This document shows, in pieces, positions 56,757-64,000 of a stretch of DNA of 64,000 bases (positions are counted from its first letter, which is position 1; every line of letters starts with the position of its first letter). Made by a program: the position numbers and the translations under genes. The DNA lies in contig JBAYHC010000004.1 in the NCBI GenBank assembly GCA_041666325.1, forward strand, positions 128,929 through 192,928, read 5' to 3'. The notes under the pieces were generated by a model. It saw only the letters and a program-made list of their open reading frames with translations. It was not told where the DNA came from and did no database searches. This DNA is from Patescibacteria group bacterium. GTDB lineage: Bacteria; Patescibacteriota; UBA1384; XYA2-FULL-43-10; 1-14-0-10-43-13.

Positions 56757-57071
56757 TTATTTCAGCGCATTCACAAATATACCGACCAGTGCTTTGGCAA
56801 CTGCGACAACAACAACGCCGATTATGGCCCAATAGAGGGTCTTTTTGCCGTTTTCGGCTTTGCTGTCATCGCCATATGCGGTCACGTACATGAATGAACC
56901 ATATAGTATATAACCAAAGGCCACTACGCCGGCGAGATCAAGAGCAGTGTCGACCACGCGATCAACAAAAATCTTGATCGTATTAAGGTTATTTGCTGAT
57001 CCTGTCGTATCTTGATTAAGCAGTTCGGATAGCTTCATCGCCGCTTTAGTTTTTTGAACCAGTGTTATCAT
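56757..57071 (-). CDS. Pilin-like small membrane protein, paralogue 3 (more divergent)
   Basis: The sequence ...GYILYGSFMYVTAYGDDSKAENGKKTLYWAIIGVVVVAVAKA... has the same architecture. Confidence 0.4.
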   Translation of the reverse strand: MITLVQKTKAAMKLSELLNQDTTGSANNLNTIKIFVDRVVDTALDLAGVVAFGYILYGSFMYVTAYGDDSKAENGKKTLYWAIIGVVVVAVAKALVGIFVNALK

Positions 57072-58306
57072 TAGCCCCTCATTATTCCGAGTATGAAATT
57101 AACTAGTTGTATGATGGCGTAAGAGAAGGTGGCCAGGACAAAGCCGGTAATGGAGTACATTATACTCTTTTTGCCCTTTTCTCGTTGGGTTGAGTTGCCG
57201 GCAGATGACAACATCTGGAAGCCGCCGACAATGACACCAATAAATGATAGTATGCCGATCAGTTCAAGGGCAAATCGAATGATTTTTCCAAGAACAGAGG
57301 CATCAGCACCACGAACATCTGGGCTTGATAGATCCACGACCGTGCTGCCGTCTCCTGCGTTGAATTCAGGCGGTCGCAGAATCGGTAATGGGGTAGATCG
57401 GTCTGCAGTATCTCCAGATGTGTCGCGTGGCATTTGTCCATTGGTAACATCAATAGCCAGTTCGCTTATTGCCATCAGATATGTACCTTCTTTGATTTCC
57501 AGGCTTGCTCTGTGGTTGCCGGATATGGTGCCGCTGGTTCCGGCAGTTGTTTGCCAAAAACAGGCGTCGATGGGAGGAGTTCTGTCGTTTCTGATATCTC
57601 CGGCGCACTTCTCAACGTCTGGTTCTCCTCCGGCTTGAGATGAGACCTTAAGAGAATATCTGTATGTATGTGTTGAGGAATTGTCCCAATATGCTAGATT
57701 GAAAGTTACTTTTTCTCCGGCGATGACACCCTGTGTCTTGTCGGCTGATAAATATGCGAGACAGCCCGAACCATCAGAGCAAGCAGTGGTGCCACCGCTC
57801 TCGATGATAAGCCGGAAGAGGTCGCTTTCAAATACCGGTGTCTCATAATTTCCGGTCGCTGCTTTGTATTGATAAATAATTACCTTGTAACCGTACCTCT
57901 CTCCGTCCCGTGAGCCGGGGATTGACCAGGACCTAGAGAAACCGGAACTAATTTGCGGACCCTCGATGAGTTGGGGGCTGCCCAGGCGCTGAACATCGCC
58001 GCTAACACTTGTTGGCTGCGGTGTAACATAGACAGAGGCACTCCAGATGGGGATCTCGGGGGTGGCTGGATTGCTGTCGTGGTCAAAGACGAAGCTTGCT
58101 CCCTGAAGAGACAATTCAACCCTAAGTGTTGTGCTGCCGCCGGGTCTTATTTGTCCCGGATCCGCTGTAATAGTAGGAGTAAGAGTGCTGGCAAAAGCGT
58201 GGGCGGGCAAGATGACTTGGATCAGCGTGCTTAGTCCGCCCAATATCATAATATGCGCCACTAGTGCCAGTCCGTATCTTTTTTTCCAAATTTTGAATCT
58301 TGTCAT
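57071..58306 (-). CDS. Secreted protein of 411 aa. It has an N-terminal signal peptide, a large extracellular domain and a C-terminal pilin-like module. It is a candidate pilus tip or adhesin subunit.
   Basis: The signal is ...ILGGLSTLIQVILPAHAFAST. The C-terminus ...ILSFIGVIVGGFQMLSSAGNSTQREKGKKSIMYSITGFVLATFSYAI... matches the paralogue motif. The start overlaps the upstream gene's stop codon at 57071. Confidence 0.45.
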   Translation of the reverse strand: MTRFKIWKKRYGLALVAHIMILGGLSTLIQVILPAHAFASTLTPTITADPGQIRPGGSTTLRVELSLQGASFVFDHDSNPATPEIPIWSASVYVTPQPTSVSGDVQRLGSPQLIEGPQISSGFSRSWSIPGSRDGERYGYKVIIYQYKAATGNYETPVFESDLFRLIIESGGTTACSDGSGCLAYLSADKTQGVIAGEKVTFNLAYWDNSSTHTYRYSLKVSSQAGGEPDVEKCAGDIRNDRTPPIDACFWQTTAGTSGTISGNHRASLEIKEGTYLMAISELAIDVTNGQMPRDTSGDTADRSTPLPILRPPEFNAGDGSTVVDLSSPDVRGADASVLGKIIRFALELIGILSFIGVIVGGFQMLSSAGNSTQREKGKKSIMYSITGFVLATFSYAIIQLVNFILGIMRG

Positions 58307-58325
58307 TAGTCGATCCGTATCACAA

Positions 58326-58679
58326 TTATAGAATCTTAACTTCGTCTAAGCCGATGAAGTTAAGGATAAACTTAATCAGTATAAGTACGGCGAGCCCCAA
58401 GAGAGCCCCTGTAGCAATTTCCTTGGCGTCGCCAATCGCTGATTGATTTCCTGCTGATGTCAGGTATTTGTAGCCGGCATAGACAATCATAAGTGTTGCC
58501 AGAGAAGTGCCGAGACCGATTGAAAAGTTATAAATAGCCTCAACATATTCCTTGTAGGTGTAGCTTGTTCTGCCACTGCTCGGTGGCAAGCCAACTTCGA
58601 CCGCGCTGCGGCCCAGCTGGGGCGCAGCAGCAAGTGTTTTTGTTGCCGGCCAATATGTAATTGTCTCGCTTTCTACCAT
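58326..58679 (-). CDS. Pilin-like small membrane protein, paralogue 4
   Basis: The motif ...AGYKYLTSAGNQSAIGDAKEIATGALLGLAVLILIKF... was seen. Confidence 0.4.
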   Translation of the reverse strand: MVESETITYWPATKTLAAAPQLGRSAVEVGLPPSSGRTSYTYKEYVEAIYNFSIGLGTSLATLMIVYAGYKYLTSAGNQSAIGDAKEIATGALLGLAVLILIKFILNFIGLDEVKIL

Positions 58680-60091
58680 GTTTCTTTTCGCAGGAGGTTA
58701 TTGATATCGTTGGCTGCCAGATCTATGGCCGCCTTGGAGTCTTGGCGACCACTGTTCACTGAGTCGATAGAGTTTTTTATAATAGCATCAAATTCTGCCG
58801 GAAAACGTCCTTTGACCAGTGAATTTGCTGTCACCAAGGAAATTCGCTCTGGGTTGCCTGGAGTGCGCGCCTTCAATGAAACATCAGTATCAGTTGATTT
58901 TTGGCTGCTGTACAGGCGGTTTACGGAGTTGAGAGAACTGCTGCTTGCTGTGGCAACCAAATAATTTAGCCTCCAGGTCATGACGGTAGCTTTTGAGAAC
59001 CTATTAACTCCAAAGGCCATAAACTTTGCGTAGTCCGTGAGTTTGTCAGTTTGTTCGCTAAGCTGGGGAGCAGGCGCTTTTTTGTAACTAATTTTCGAGG
59101 AGGGATACTTTTGCAAAATGTAGTTCTGGAAATCGCTGTAACCGAAGATCATGGCCACTTTTCCATTTACGAAGGCATCGACTTCGTCTCCAAGAGAGTC
59201 ATTCCATGTGTAATTAGAGGAGCCCGGGTTAGAGAATGAGGTGTAAAACTCCAACGCTCTCTTGCCGGGGTAATCATCTTTGCCGGACGAGGTTTGAGTT
59301 GGTAAATTAAAGGTCGAAAGCTTGAGGTCGTCGGAGAGTATTTTGGTCTCATTCTGCATCATGAGTAGATAGAGGATGTCCTGGGAGCTTCTGAGACTGC
59401 TTGTTCCTATAGCTAGTCCAGATATATCAATATTGTTGCCATTTTTTTCTGTTAGTAGATTTGCTAGCTCGCTTAGGCCAGTCCATGATGTGGGGAAATT
59501 TCGTGATAATTCTTGTGCTCTTTGTCTTGTTTTTTGATCAATCTTGGAGTCTTGGGCAATTTTGGCCAGATTTGAGTCAAGCATTCCCTGGTTGTAATAG
59601 ATCATGAGCGGTTCCGCAGAGGGAGCCAAGGCGTAAATTCTGTCGTTAAACATGACTGATTGCTTGACTGACTTTGCAAATGTGCTATTCATGGTGAAGC
59701 CTTGCTTGCCCACGGCCTCGCCAAGTTTATCTTCACCTGCGCTGGCAAGCTTATCCTTGTGTCGGTAAACCCAATCACTTGGCATTGCCCATAAATCGGG
59801 CTTTGTTGTTGAGAGGATTGAGTTCAAAACTCTACCCTCGTATCCATCATCAAGAATTTGCTTTTCGTATTTGAGCGTATATCCCTTGTAGGTTGATGCA
59901 AATGTTTTGGCGATTGGCTTCCAGGCGTCTTCGTCCTCAAAGCTCCAGACCACAATTGTGGACGCGTCCGGGTCGGCTGTTGTTGCGGCTTTTTTGCTCC
60001 AAGGGAGAGTACATCCTGAGAGGGCGATAGAGAAAATAACTGCAAAAGTAGAGAATTTTGCAATTCGGCCAATTTTCTTAATTGAGCTCAT
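58673..60091 (-). CDS. Extracellular solute-binding lipoprotein (family-1 SBP-like). The likely start is the ATG at 60091. The track's longer start is at 60148.
   Basis: The lipobox-like sequence is ...FSIALSGCTLPW.... The overall length and composition fit a periplasmic-type binding protein. No adjacent permease or ATPase genes were seen. Confidence 0.45.
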   Translation of the reverse strand: MSSIKKIGRIAKFSTFAVIFSIALSGCTLPWSKKAATTADPDASTIVVWSFEDEDAWKPIAKTFASTYKGYTLKYEKQILDDGYEGRVLNSILSTTKPDLWAMPSDWVYRHKDKLASAGEDKLGEAVGKQGFTMNSTFAKSVKQSVMFNDRIYALAPSAEPLMIYYNQGMLDSNLAKIAQDSKIDQKTRQRAQELSRNFPTSWTGLSELANLLTEKNGNNIDISGLAIGTSSLRSSQDILYLLMMQNETKILSDDLKLSTFNLPTQTSSGKDDYPGKRALEFYTSFSNPGSSNYTWNDSLGDEVDAFVNGKVAMIFGYSDFQNYILQKYPSSKISYKKAPAPQLSEQTDKLTDYAKFMAFGVNRFSKATVMTWRLNYLVATASSSSLNSVNRLYSSQKSTDTDVSLKARTPGNPERISLVTANSLVKGRFPAEFDAIIKNSIDSVNSGRQDSKAAIDLAANDINNLLRKETW

Positions 60092-60153
60092 GGGTTCCCT
60101 CCGTGTGACAAGGCTAATTGGATAGTAGGCAAGTAAGCAGGTAGGCAAGTAGG

Positions 60154-60513
60154 TTAGTAGTGTTGAGATTTTTTCCAGTTATTTAGTAATCCACCGACTG
60201 ATTCACACTCACGGAATATTTTATCAAATTCCTCCGTGCTAATATATTCTAAGTCTTTGGAAAGAATTAGTTGGTATTTTAGCTCTTCCAGTGATCCTTC
60301 GGCGATATTGTAGAAACGGATACTGTCTTTCAGTCCTTTTCTTTTAAAACCTTCTGCGATATTTGATGGTATTGAAGATGAAGATCGGCGCATTTGGCTT
60401 GCCAGGCCATACTCTTCATGCTTTGGAAATTTTGAAACGAGCCTGTATGTGAGAAGTGTTAACTGATGCGCTTTTTGCCAAACTAGTAGATCTTGAAACG
60501 ATGTTATTGCCAT
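60154..60513 (-). CDS. Four-helix-bundle protein (TIGR02436-like), intact copy
   Basis: The product ...LLVWQKAHQLTLLTYRLVSKFPKHEEYGLASQMRRSSSSIPSNIAEGFKRKGLKDSIRFYNIAEGSLEELKYQLILSKDL... belongs to a family I recognise as the 23S rRNA-intervening-sequence protein family. Confidence 0.65.
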   Translation of the reverse strand: MAITSFQDLLVWQKAHQLTLLTYRLVSKFPKHEEYGLASQMRRSSSSIPSNIAEGFKRKGLKDSIRFYNIAEGSLEELKYQLILSKDLEYISTEEFDKIFRECESVGGLLNNWKKSQHY

Positions 60514-60576
60514 ATTGACCTACTTGCCTACTAGCTTACATGCTTACCGCTCTACCGCCTTACTGCTTTACCGCTT

Positions 60577-61458
60577 CTATAATCTGTCTGCTGTTTCTTT
60601 GATAAACTGGGCAAATTCACCGTTGATATCTGGCCGCTTTAGCGCCATCTCAACATTGGTCTTAAGGTACTCTGTGATATTGCCACAATCGTAATATCTG
60701 CCACCCTTAATTTCAACAGCATATGCGTCGCGTCCTTCAGCTAGAAGAGTGTTGACTCCGTCGACCCAAACTAACTCGTTTCCTGGCTCAGGTTTAAAAC
60801 TTTCGAGAGCGCTAAATATTTCCGGAGTAAAGACGAAACCGGAAACAACAGCCAGATTCGAAGGAGCATTGGCTGGGCCGGGTTTCTCGACCAATTGTTC
60901 AACCTTTATAAAGCCAGGCTCAACTTCTTGACCCTTGGCATATCCGTATCTCTTTGTGTCTTCGGGCTTGTCTGTCCTGACAGCACCCAGGATAGTCGTG
61001 CCATATTTGTTATATGCATCGATTAGCTGGCGAGCCCTAGAAGGCTCAGCTACAATGAAATCATCACTCCACATAACCAGAAATGGCTCATCTCCAATGA
61101 TATTTTTGGCTGTAAGGATAGCGTCGCCATTGCCCTTTGCTTCTCTTTGGCGAACATAGATGAATTCCGCCATATTGGAGAGCTTGCGAATGGCTTCAAG
61201 CTGCTCTGTTTTTCCGGCTGCTTCTAATCTTTGCTCGAGCTCTGCGTGTCTGTCAAAATGGTCCTCAATCGCTCTTTTGTGCCAACCTGTAATAAATGTT
61301 ATTTGTTCAATTCCGGCCTCAGCCAACTCTTCTACGACGTACTGGATAACTGGTTTGTCAACGATTGGCAGCATTTGCTTAGGGATGGCTTTTGCGGCAG
61401 GCATGAATCTTGTAGCAAACCCAGCTGCCGGAACAACAGCTTTTCTAACTTTAGCCAT
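60577..61458 (-). CDS. galU: UTP--glucose-1-phosphate uridylyltransferase
   Basis: The N-terminus is ...KAVVPAAGFATRFMPAAKAIPKQMLPIVDKPVIQYVVEE... and a VEKP motif is present. Confidence 0.85.
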   Translation of the reverse strand: MAKVRKAVVPAAGFATRFMPAAKAIPKQMLPIVDKPVIQYVVEELAEAGIEQITFITGWHKRAIEDHFDRHAELEQRLEAAGKTEQLEAIRKLSNMAEFIYVRQREAKGNGDAILTAKNIIGDEPFLVMWSDDFIVAEPSRARQLIDAYNKYGTTILGAVRTDKPEDTKRYGYAKGQEVEPGFIKVEQLVEKPGPANAPSNLAVVSGFVFTPEIFSALESFKPEPGNELVWVDGVNTLLAEGRDAYAVEIKGGRYYDCGNITEYLKTNVEMALKRPDINGEFAQFIKETADRL

Positions 61459-61557
61459 ATTTTTCCTTAATTTAAAAGTTTGTGGGCTGGTAGGCGATTA
61501 GGTACAAAAACATGCTGGTATTAGCTTGTTTGCATATTTACTTACTAGCCTACAAAC

Positions 61558-61989
61558 TTACCTGCTTATCTGTCTCTTTGTTCTTGAACTTTCGTAATCG
61601 CCCTCATTGATAGCGATTATCTTGGTTTTGACTTTGGCGTCTTTGGGAATCTCGACTTTCAAGAGTCCGTCTTTAAGTGTTGCCTTTGCGCTTTCTGAGT
61701 TAACGGCCATTGGCAGGACATAGGAGCGAGAGAAGGGTCCCCAGTAGCATTCCTGGGTGAAAAAGTGGTCTTCGTTGGGAGTGGTATCGTTTAGTTTGCG
61801 TTCACCACGAATTGTAACCACCTCGTCGGTGATGGAAACATCAAGATCGCTGGATTTGACACCAGCAACCGGAGCAACAATATAAATAGTGTGCTCGTCT
61901 TGATATACGTCAATAGCCAGCTCCCCGTCTACATGCTCGGTTAGCCAGTCGTCGTGCGGATTCTCTCCCTGCACATTCCCTCCTGTCAA
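61558..61989 (-). CDS. Hsp20 / alpha-crystallin small heat-shock protein
   Basis: The alpha-crystallin-domain pattern is ...AIDVYQDEHTIYIVAPVAGVKSSDLDVSITDEVVTIRGERK...FSRSYVLP...LKDGLLKVEIPK. Confidence 0.85.
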   Translation of the reverse strand: MTGGNVQGENPHDDWLTEHVDGELAIDVYQDEHTIYIVAPVAGVKSSDLDVSITDEVVTIRGERKLNDTTPNEDHFFTQECYWGPFSRSYVLPMAVNSESAKATLKDGLLKVEIPKDAKVKTKIIAINEGDYESSRTKRQISR

Positions 61990-62153
61990 TCAACCGTTAA
62001 GTATTGATTGATTAACTAGATTATAGTCATATAGTAAAAAGGAGTCAACTGGTCCGGTGGAGCACAAGCGATAAAGAGGTAAGGTAATAAAGCAGTAAGG
62101 CGATAGGGCAGTAGAGCCGCACTGCTTTAATTTTACATAAAATATTTTATAGT

Positions 62154-62852
62154 ATGAACAAAATATTTTCTTTTTTGAGCGACATATTCCTCGATATCTT
62201 TTTCCCAAAGCGCTGTGTTAACTGTGGAAAATATGGGGATCTGCTTTGTTTTGGTTGTGTCGGCGAGATAGAGGCAATCAAAACGGATACCTGTCCGGAG
62301 TGTGGCAGGATATCTAAGCACGGACGATTTTGTACGAATTGCAAGCGTAAACTTGGGATGGAATTGACGGGGTTGCTTGTTGCTGCTCATTATAGGGGAC
62401 CAATAAAGAAGATGATTCATCAGTATAAATATGCCGGAATAAGGGATTTATCAGTGTTGTTGGGCGAGATTTTGTTTCAGCGTCTCCATGATCATACTCT
62501 GCCAGGCCTAATTGTTGTTCCTGTGCCGTTACATCGCAAGAGAGAGGCAGGGAGAGGGTTTAATCAATCTGAACTCATGGCAAGATACATTTCTAAAAAA
62601 TTGAATCTTGCGGGAGGTATGGCTTTGGCTAGGGTAAAAAATACTGAGCCACAGGCCAGGCTTGCCAAAGCCAAGAGATTGACAAACCTGACAGGTGCTT
62701 TCGCTGTTGTTGACAAGGATCTTGTCTCGGGTAGGGACGTTCTGCTGGTGGATGATGTGGCCACAACTCTGGCTACACTCAATGAATGTGCTAAGGTTTT
62801 GCGGCAAAGTGGCGCGAGGCGGGTCTGGGGGAGTGTCGTGGCGCGAGGATAA
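62154..62852 (+). CDS. comF: ComF-family protein (phosphoribosyltransferase domain, competence-associated)
   Basis: The N-terminal Zn-finger-like cysteines are CVNCGKY...CFGC...CPECGR. The C-terminal PRTase motif is VLLVDDVATTLATL. Confidence 0.75.
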   Translation: MNKIFSFLSDIFLDIFFPKRCVNCGKYGDLLCFGCVGEIEAIKTDTCPECGRISKHGRFCTNCKRKLGMELTGLLVAAHYRGPIKKMIHQYKYAGIRDLSVLLGEILFQRLHDHTLPGLIVVPVPLHRKREAGRGFNQSELMARYISKKLNLAGGMALARVKNTEPQARLAKAKRLTNLTGAFAVVDKDLVSGRDVLLVDDVATTLATLNECAKVLRQSGARRVWGSVVARG

Positions 62853-62974
62853 TATTCTTGCGCTTGTTCGGCGCTAGCCAACAAAAAACCAGCAACTAAG
62901 TGCCGGTGTTCTTTGGCTCGTCTGACTGCGTCAGATGACACCACATTCTGGTTGGAAGCCATGAGCTTGTTGAG

Positions 62975-63064
62975 TGGCGGAGAGGGTGGGATTTGAACCC
63001 ACGAGGAGCTTGCACCCCTGGCTGTTTTCAAGACAGCTGCACTAGACCACTATGCGACCTCTCC
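62975..63064 (-). tRNA. tRNA-Ser (anticodon UGA) with a long variable arm and an encoded CCA
   Basis: The reverse complement reads GGAGAGG...gctgt-cuUGAaa-acagc...GTGGGTTCAAATCCCAC-CCTCTCC-G-CCA. Confidence 0.8.
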
Positions 63065-63082
63065 AATGTTATTCAAGAAACA

Positions 63083-63157
63083 AAGCCCTACTTTAGAGGG
63101 CAACCTCCTTGGTATCAATTTACGATGCGAAGCCCTACTTTAGAGGGCGACCTCTCC
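63083..63157. repeat. Two direct repeats of about 26 bp (AAGCCCTACTTTAGAGGGCRACCTC[TCC]) lying 5' of the tRNA-Ser(UGA). They reiterate the first 11 nt of the tRNA (GGAGAGGTCGC) fused to a small hairpin.
   Basis: Copies were seen at 63083-63108 and 63130-63157. The second copy ends GCGACCTCTCC, which is identical to the tRNA 5' end on the other strand. Confidence 0.5.
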
Positions 63158-63368
63158 GATGTTATTTTAAATGTGGAGTCCCGACGACTGTCGGGTCGAT
63201 CTCTTCCGAATGAGAAAATTATACTATATTTGAAGCTGTTTTGCAATGCAGTGTGGGAAATATTTTGGCTGATTCTTTTTGATAGCCGTCTATCCTAATA
63301 TTATCGTTAATATTGTTAGCAGTTAGGGATAGTGGTAAGCTAATATGTCAAAGTAAATTGGAGATACT

Positions 63369-63980
63369 ATGGAAAATGAGATTATGGTTGATGATCCGTG
63401 TGATTGTTTGCCCGAACCAATGATCGGCAAGAAATTGCCTGATATTGGTCTAAAAGCTTACCATGAGGGTGGTGAAAAGAGCATAAAATTGGCTGATTAC
63501 CGAGGCAAGTGGATGGTTTTAATTTTTTATCCCGCAGACTTTACATTTATTTGCCCGACAGAGCTGGAAGAAGCAGCAGAATATTATGACCAGTTTCAGA
63601 AAGAGGGGGCCGAGGTTTTTTCTATCAGCACCGACACAGTTTATGTGCACAAAGCCTGGCATGATCAGTCTCCCTCAATCAAAAAAATTAAGTTTCCCAT
63701 GTTGGCAGATCCTGCCGGTAAACTGTCCCGCTTGCTTGGGGTGTATCTGGAGGATGAGGGCTTGGCCTTGCGTGGGAGCTTTATCGTTGATCCGGAAGGT
63801 GTTATCAAGGCAATAGAAGTTCATGATAACAGCATTGGCAGGAGTGCTGCCGAGCTGCTAAGAAAGCTTCAGGCGGCAAAGCTTGTATATGACAATGACG
63901 GCGCTATTGTTTGCCCTGCCAATTGGCACAAAGGTGGCAAGACATTGAAGCCGGGGATGGACCTGGTCGGGAAGATATAA
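63369..63980 (+). CDS. Peroxiredoxin (AhpC/TSA family, typical 2-Cys type)
   Basis: The peroxidatic Cys is in ...FYPADFTFICPTELEE.... The resolving Cys is near ...GAIVCPANW.... The protein is 203 aa. Confidence 0.85.
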   Translation: MENEIMVDDPCDCLPEPMIGKKLPDIGLKAYHEGGEKSIKLADYRGKWMVLIFYPADFTFICPTELEEAAEYYDQFQKEGAEVFSISTDTVYVHKAWHDQSPSIKKIKFPMLADPAGKLSRLLGVYLEDEGLALRGSFIVDPEGVIKAIEVHDNSIGRSAAELLRKLQAAKLVYDNDGAIVCPANWHKGGKTLKPGMDLVGKI

Positions 63981-64000
63981 ATTAGCTAGTAAGCTAGTAA

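Overview
This 64 kb window looks like a chromosomal segment from a small, low-GC genome (about 45% GC). It is probably a Candidate Phyla Radiation / Patescibacteria-type bacterium; that assignment is inference from gene content and style only.

The housekeeping backbone includes:
- the replication-origin neighbourhood: dnaA, dnaN, recF and a DciA-like gene on the minus strand; rpmH, rnpA, yidD and yidC on the plus strand; DnaA boxes on both sides of dnaA;
- an iscR-iscS-rubredoxin-iscU operon;
- mnmA, tsaD, valS, trxA, galU, hsp20, comF and a peroxiredoxin;
- cell-wall genes: FemAB-family, a MurE-like ligase, and two undecaprenyl-PP phosphatases (PAP2 and UppP);
- a XerC/D-type recombinase;
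- two tRNA-Ser genes.

The accessory-looking content is:
1. A GC-rich island (about 60% GC) at the 5' edge that encodes an orphan DGQHR-domain (DndB-like) protein.
2. A Gram-positive-style type IV secretion (T4SS)-like cluster at 19.8-44.2 kb. Its genes read as: secreted protein, VirB6-like polytopic protein, PrgI/VirB3-like small membrane protein, a split VirB4 ATPase, a glucosaminidase+CHAP cell-wall hydrolase, a PEGA/TolB-like protein, an M23 peptidase, and a 3173-aa giant surface protein.
3. A separate pilB gene, and a cluster of five paralogous pilin-like proteins at 55.8-58.7 kb.
4. A Doc/HTH toxin-antitoxin pair.

The most unusual signal is several families of short repeats that appear to have colonised both intergenic regions and the interiors of essential genes while leaving the reading frames open:
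- a 36-bp core element plus about 10 bp of flank (a 46-bp unit), found in mnmA, twice in tandem in iscS, and once intergenically;
- heptanucleotide (RARATAC)n runs inside femX and uppP;
- GC-rich or simple-repeat in-frame inserts in iscU and tsaD;
- palindromic intergenic elements built on CGAAATACGA / TTCGTATTTCG;
- a pervasive GTAAGC / CTAGTAAG intergenic inverted-repeat motif that includes a (TTACTAGC)7 microsatellite.

A four-helix-bundle pseudogene with two in-frame stop codons has an intact paralogue elsewhere in the window. No CRISPR array and no rRNA genes were seen.
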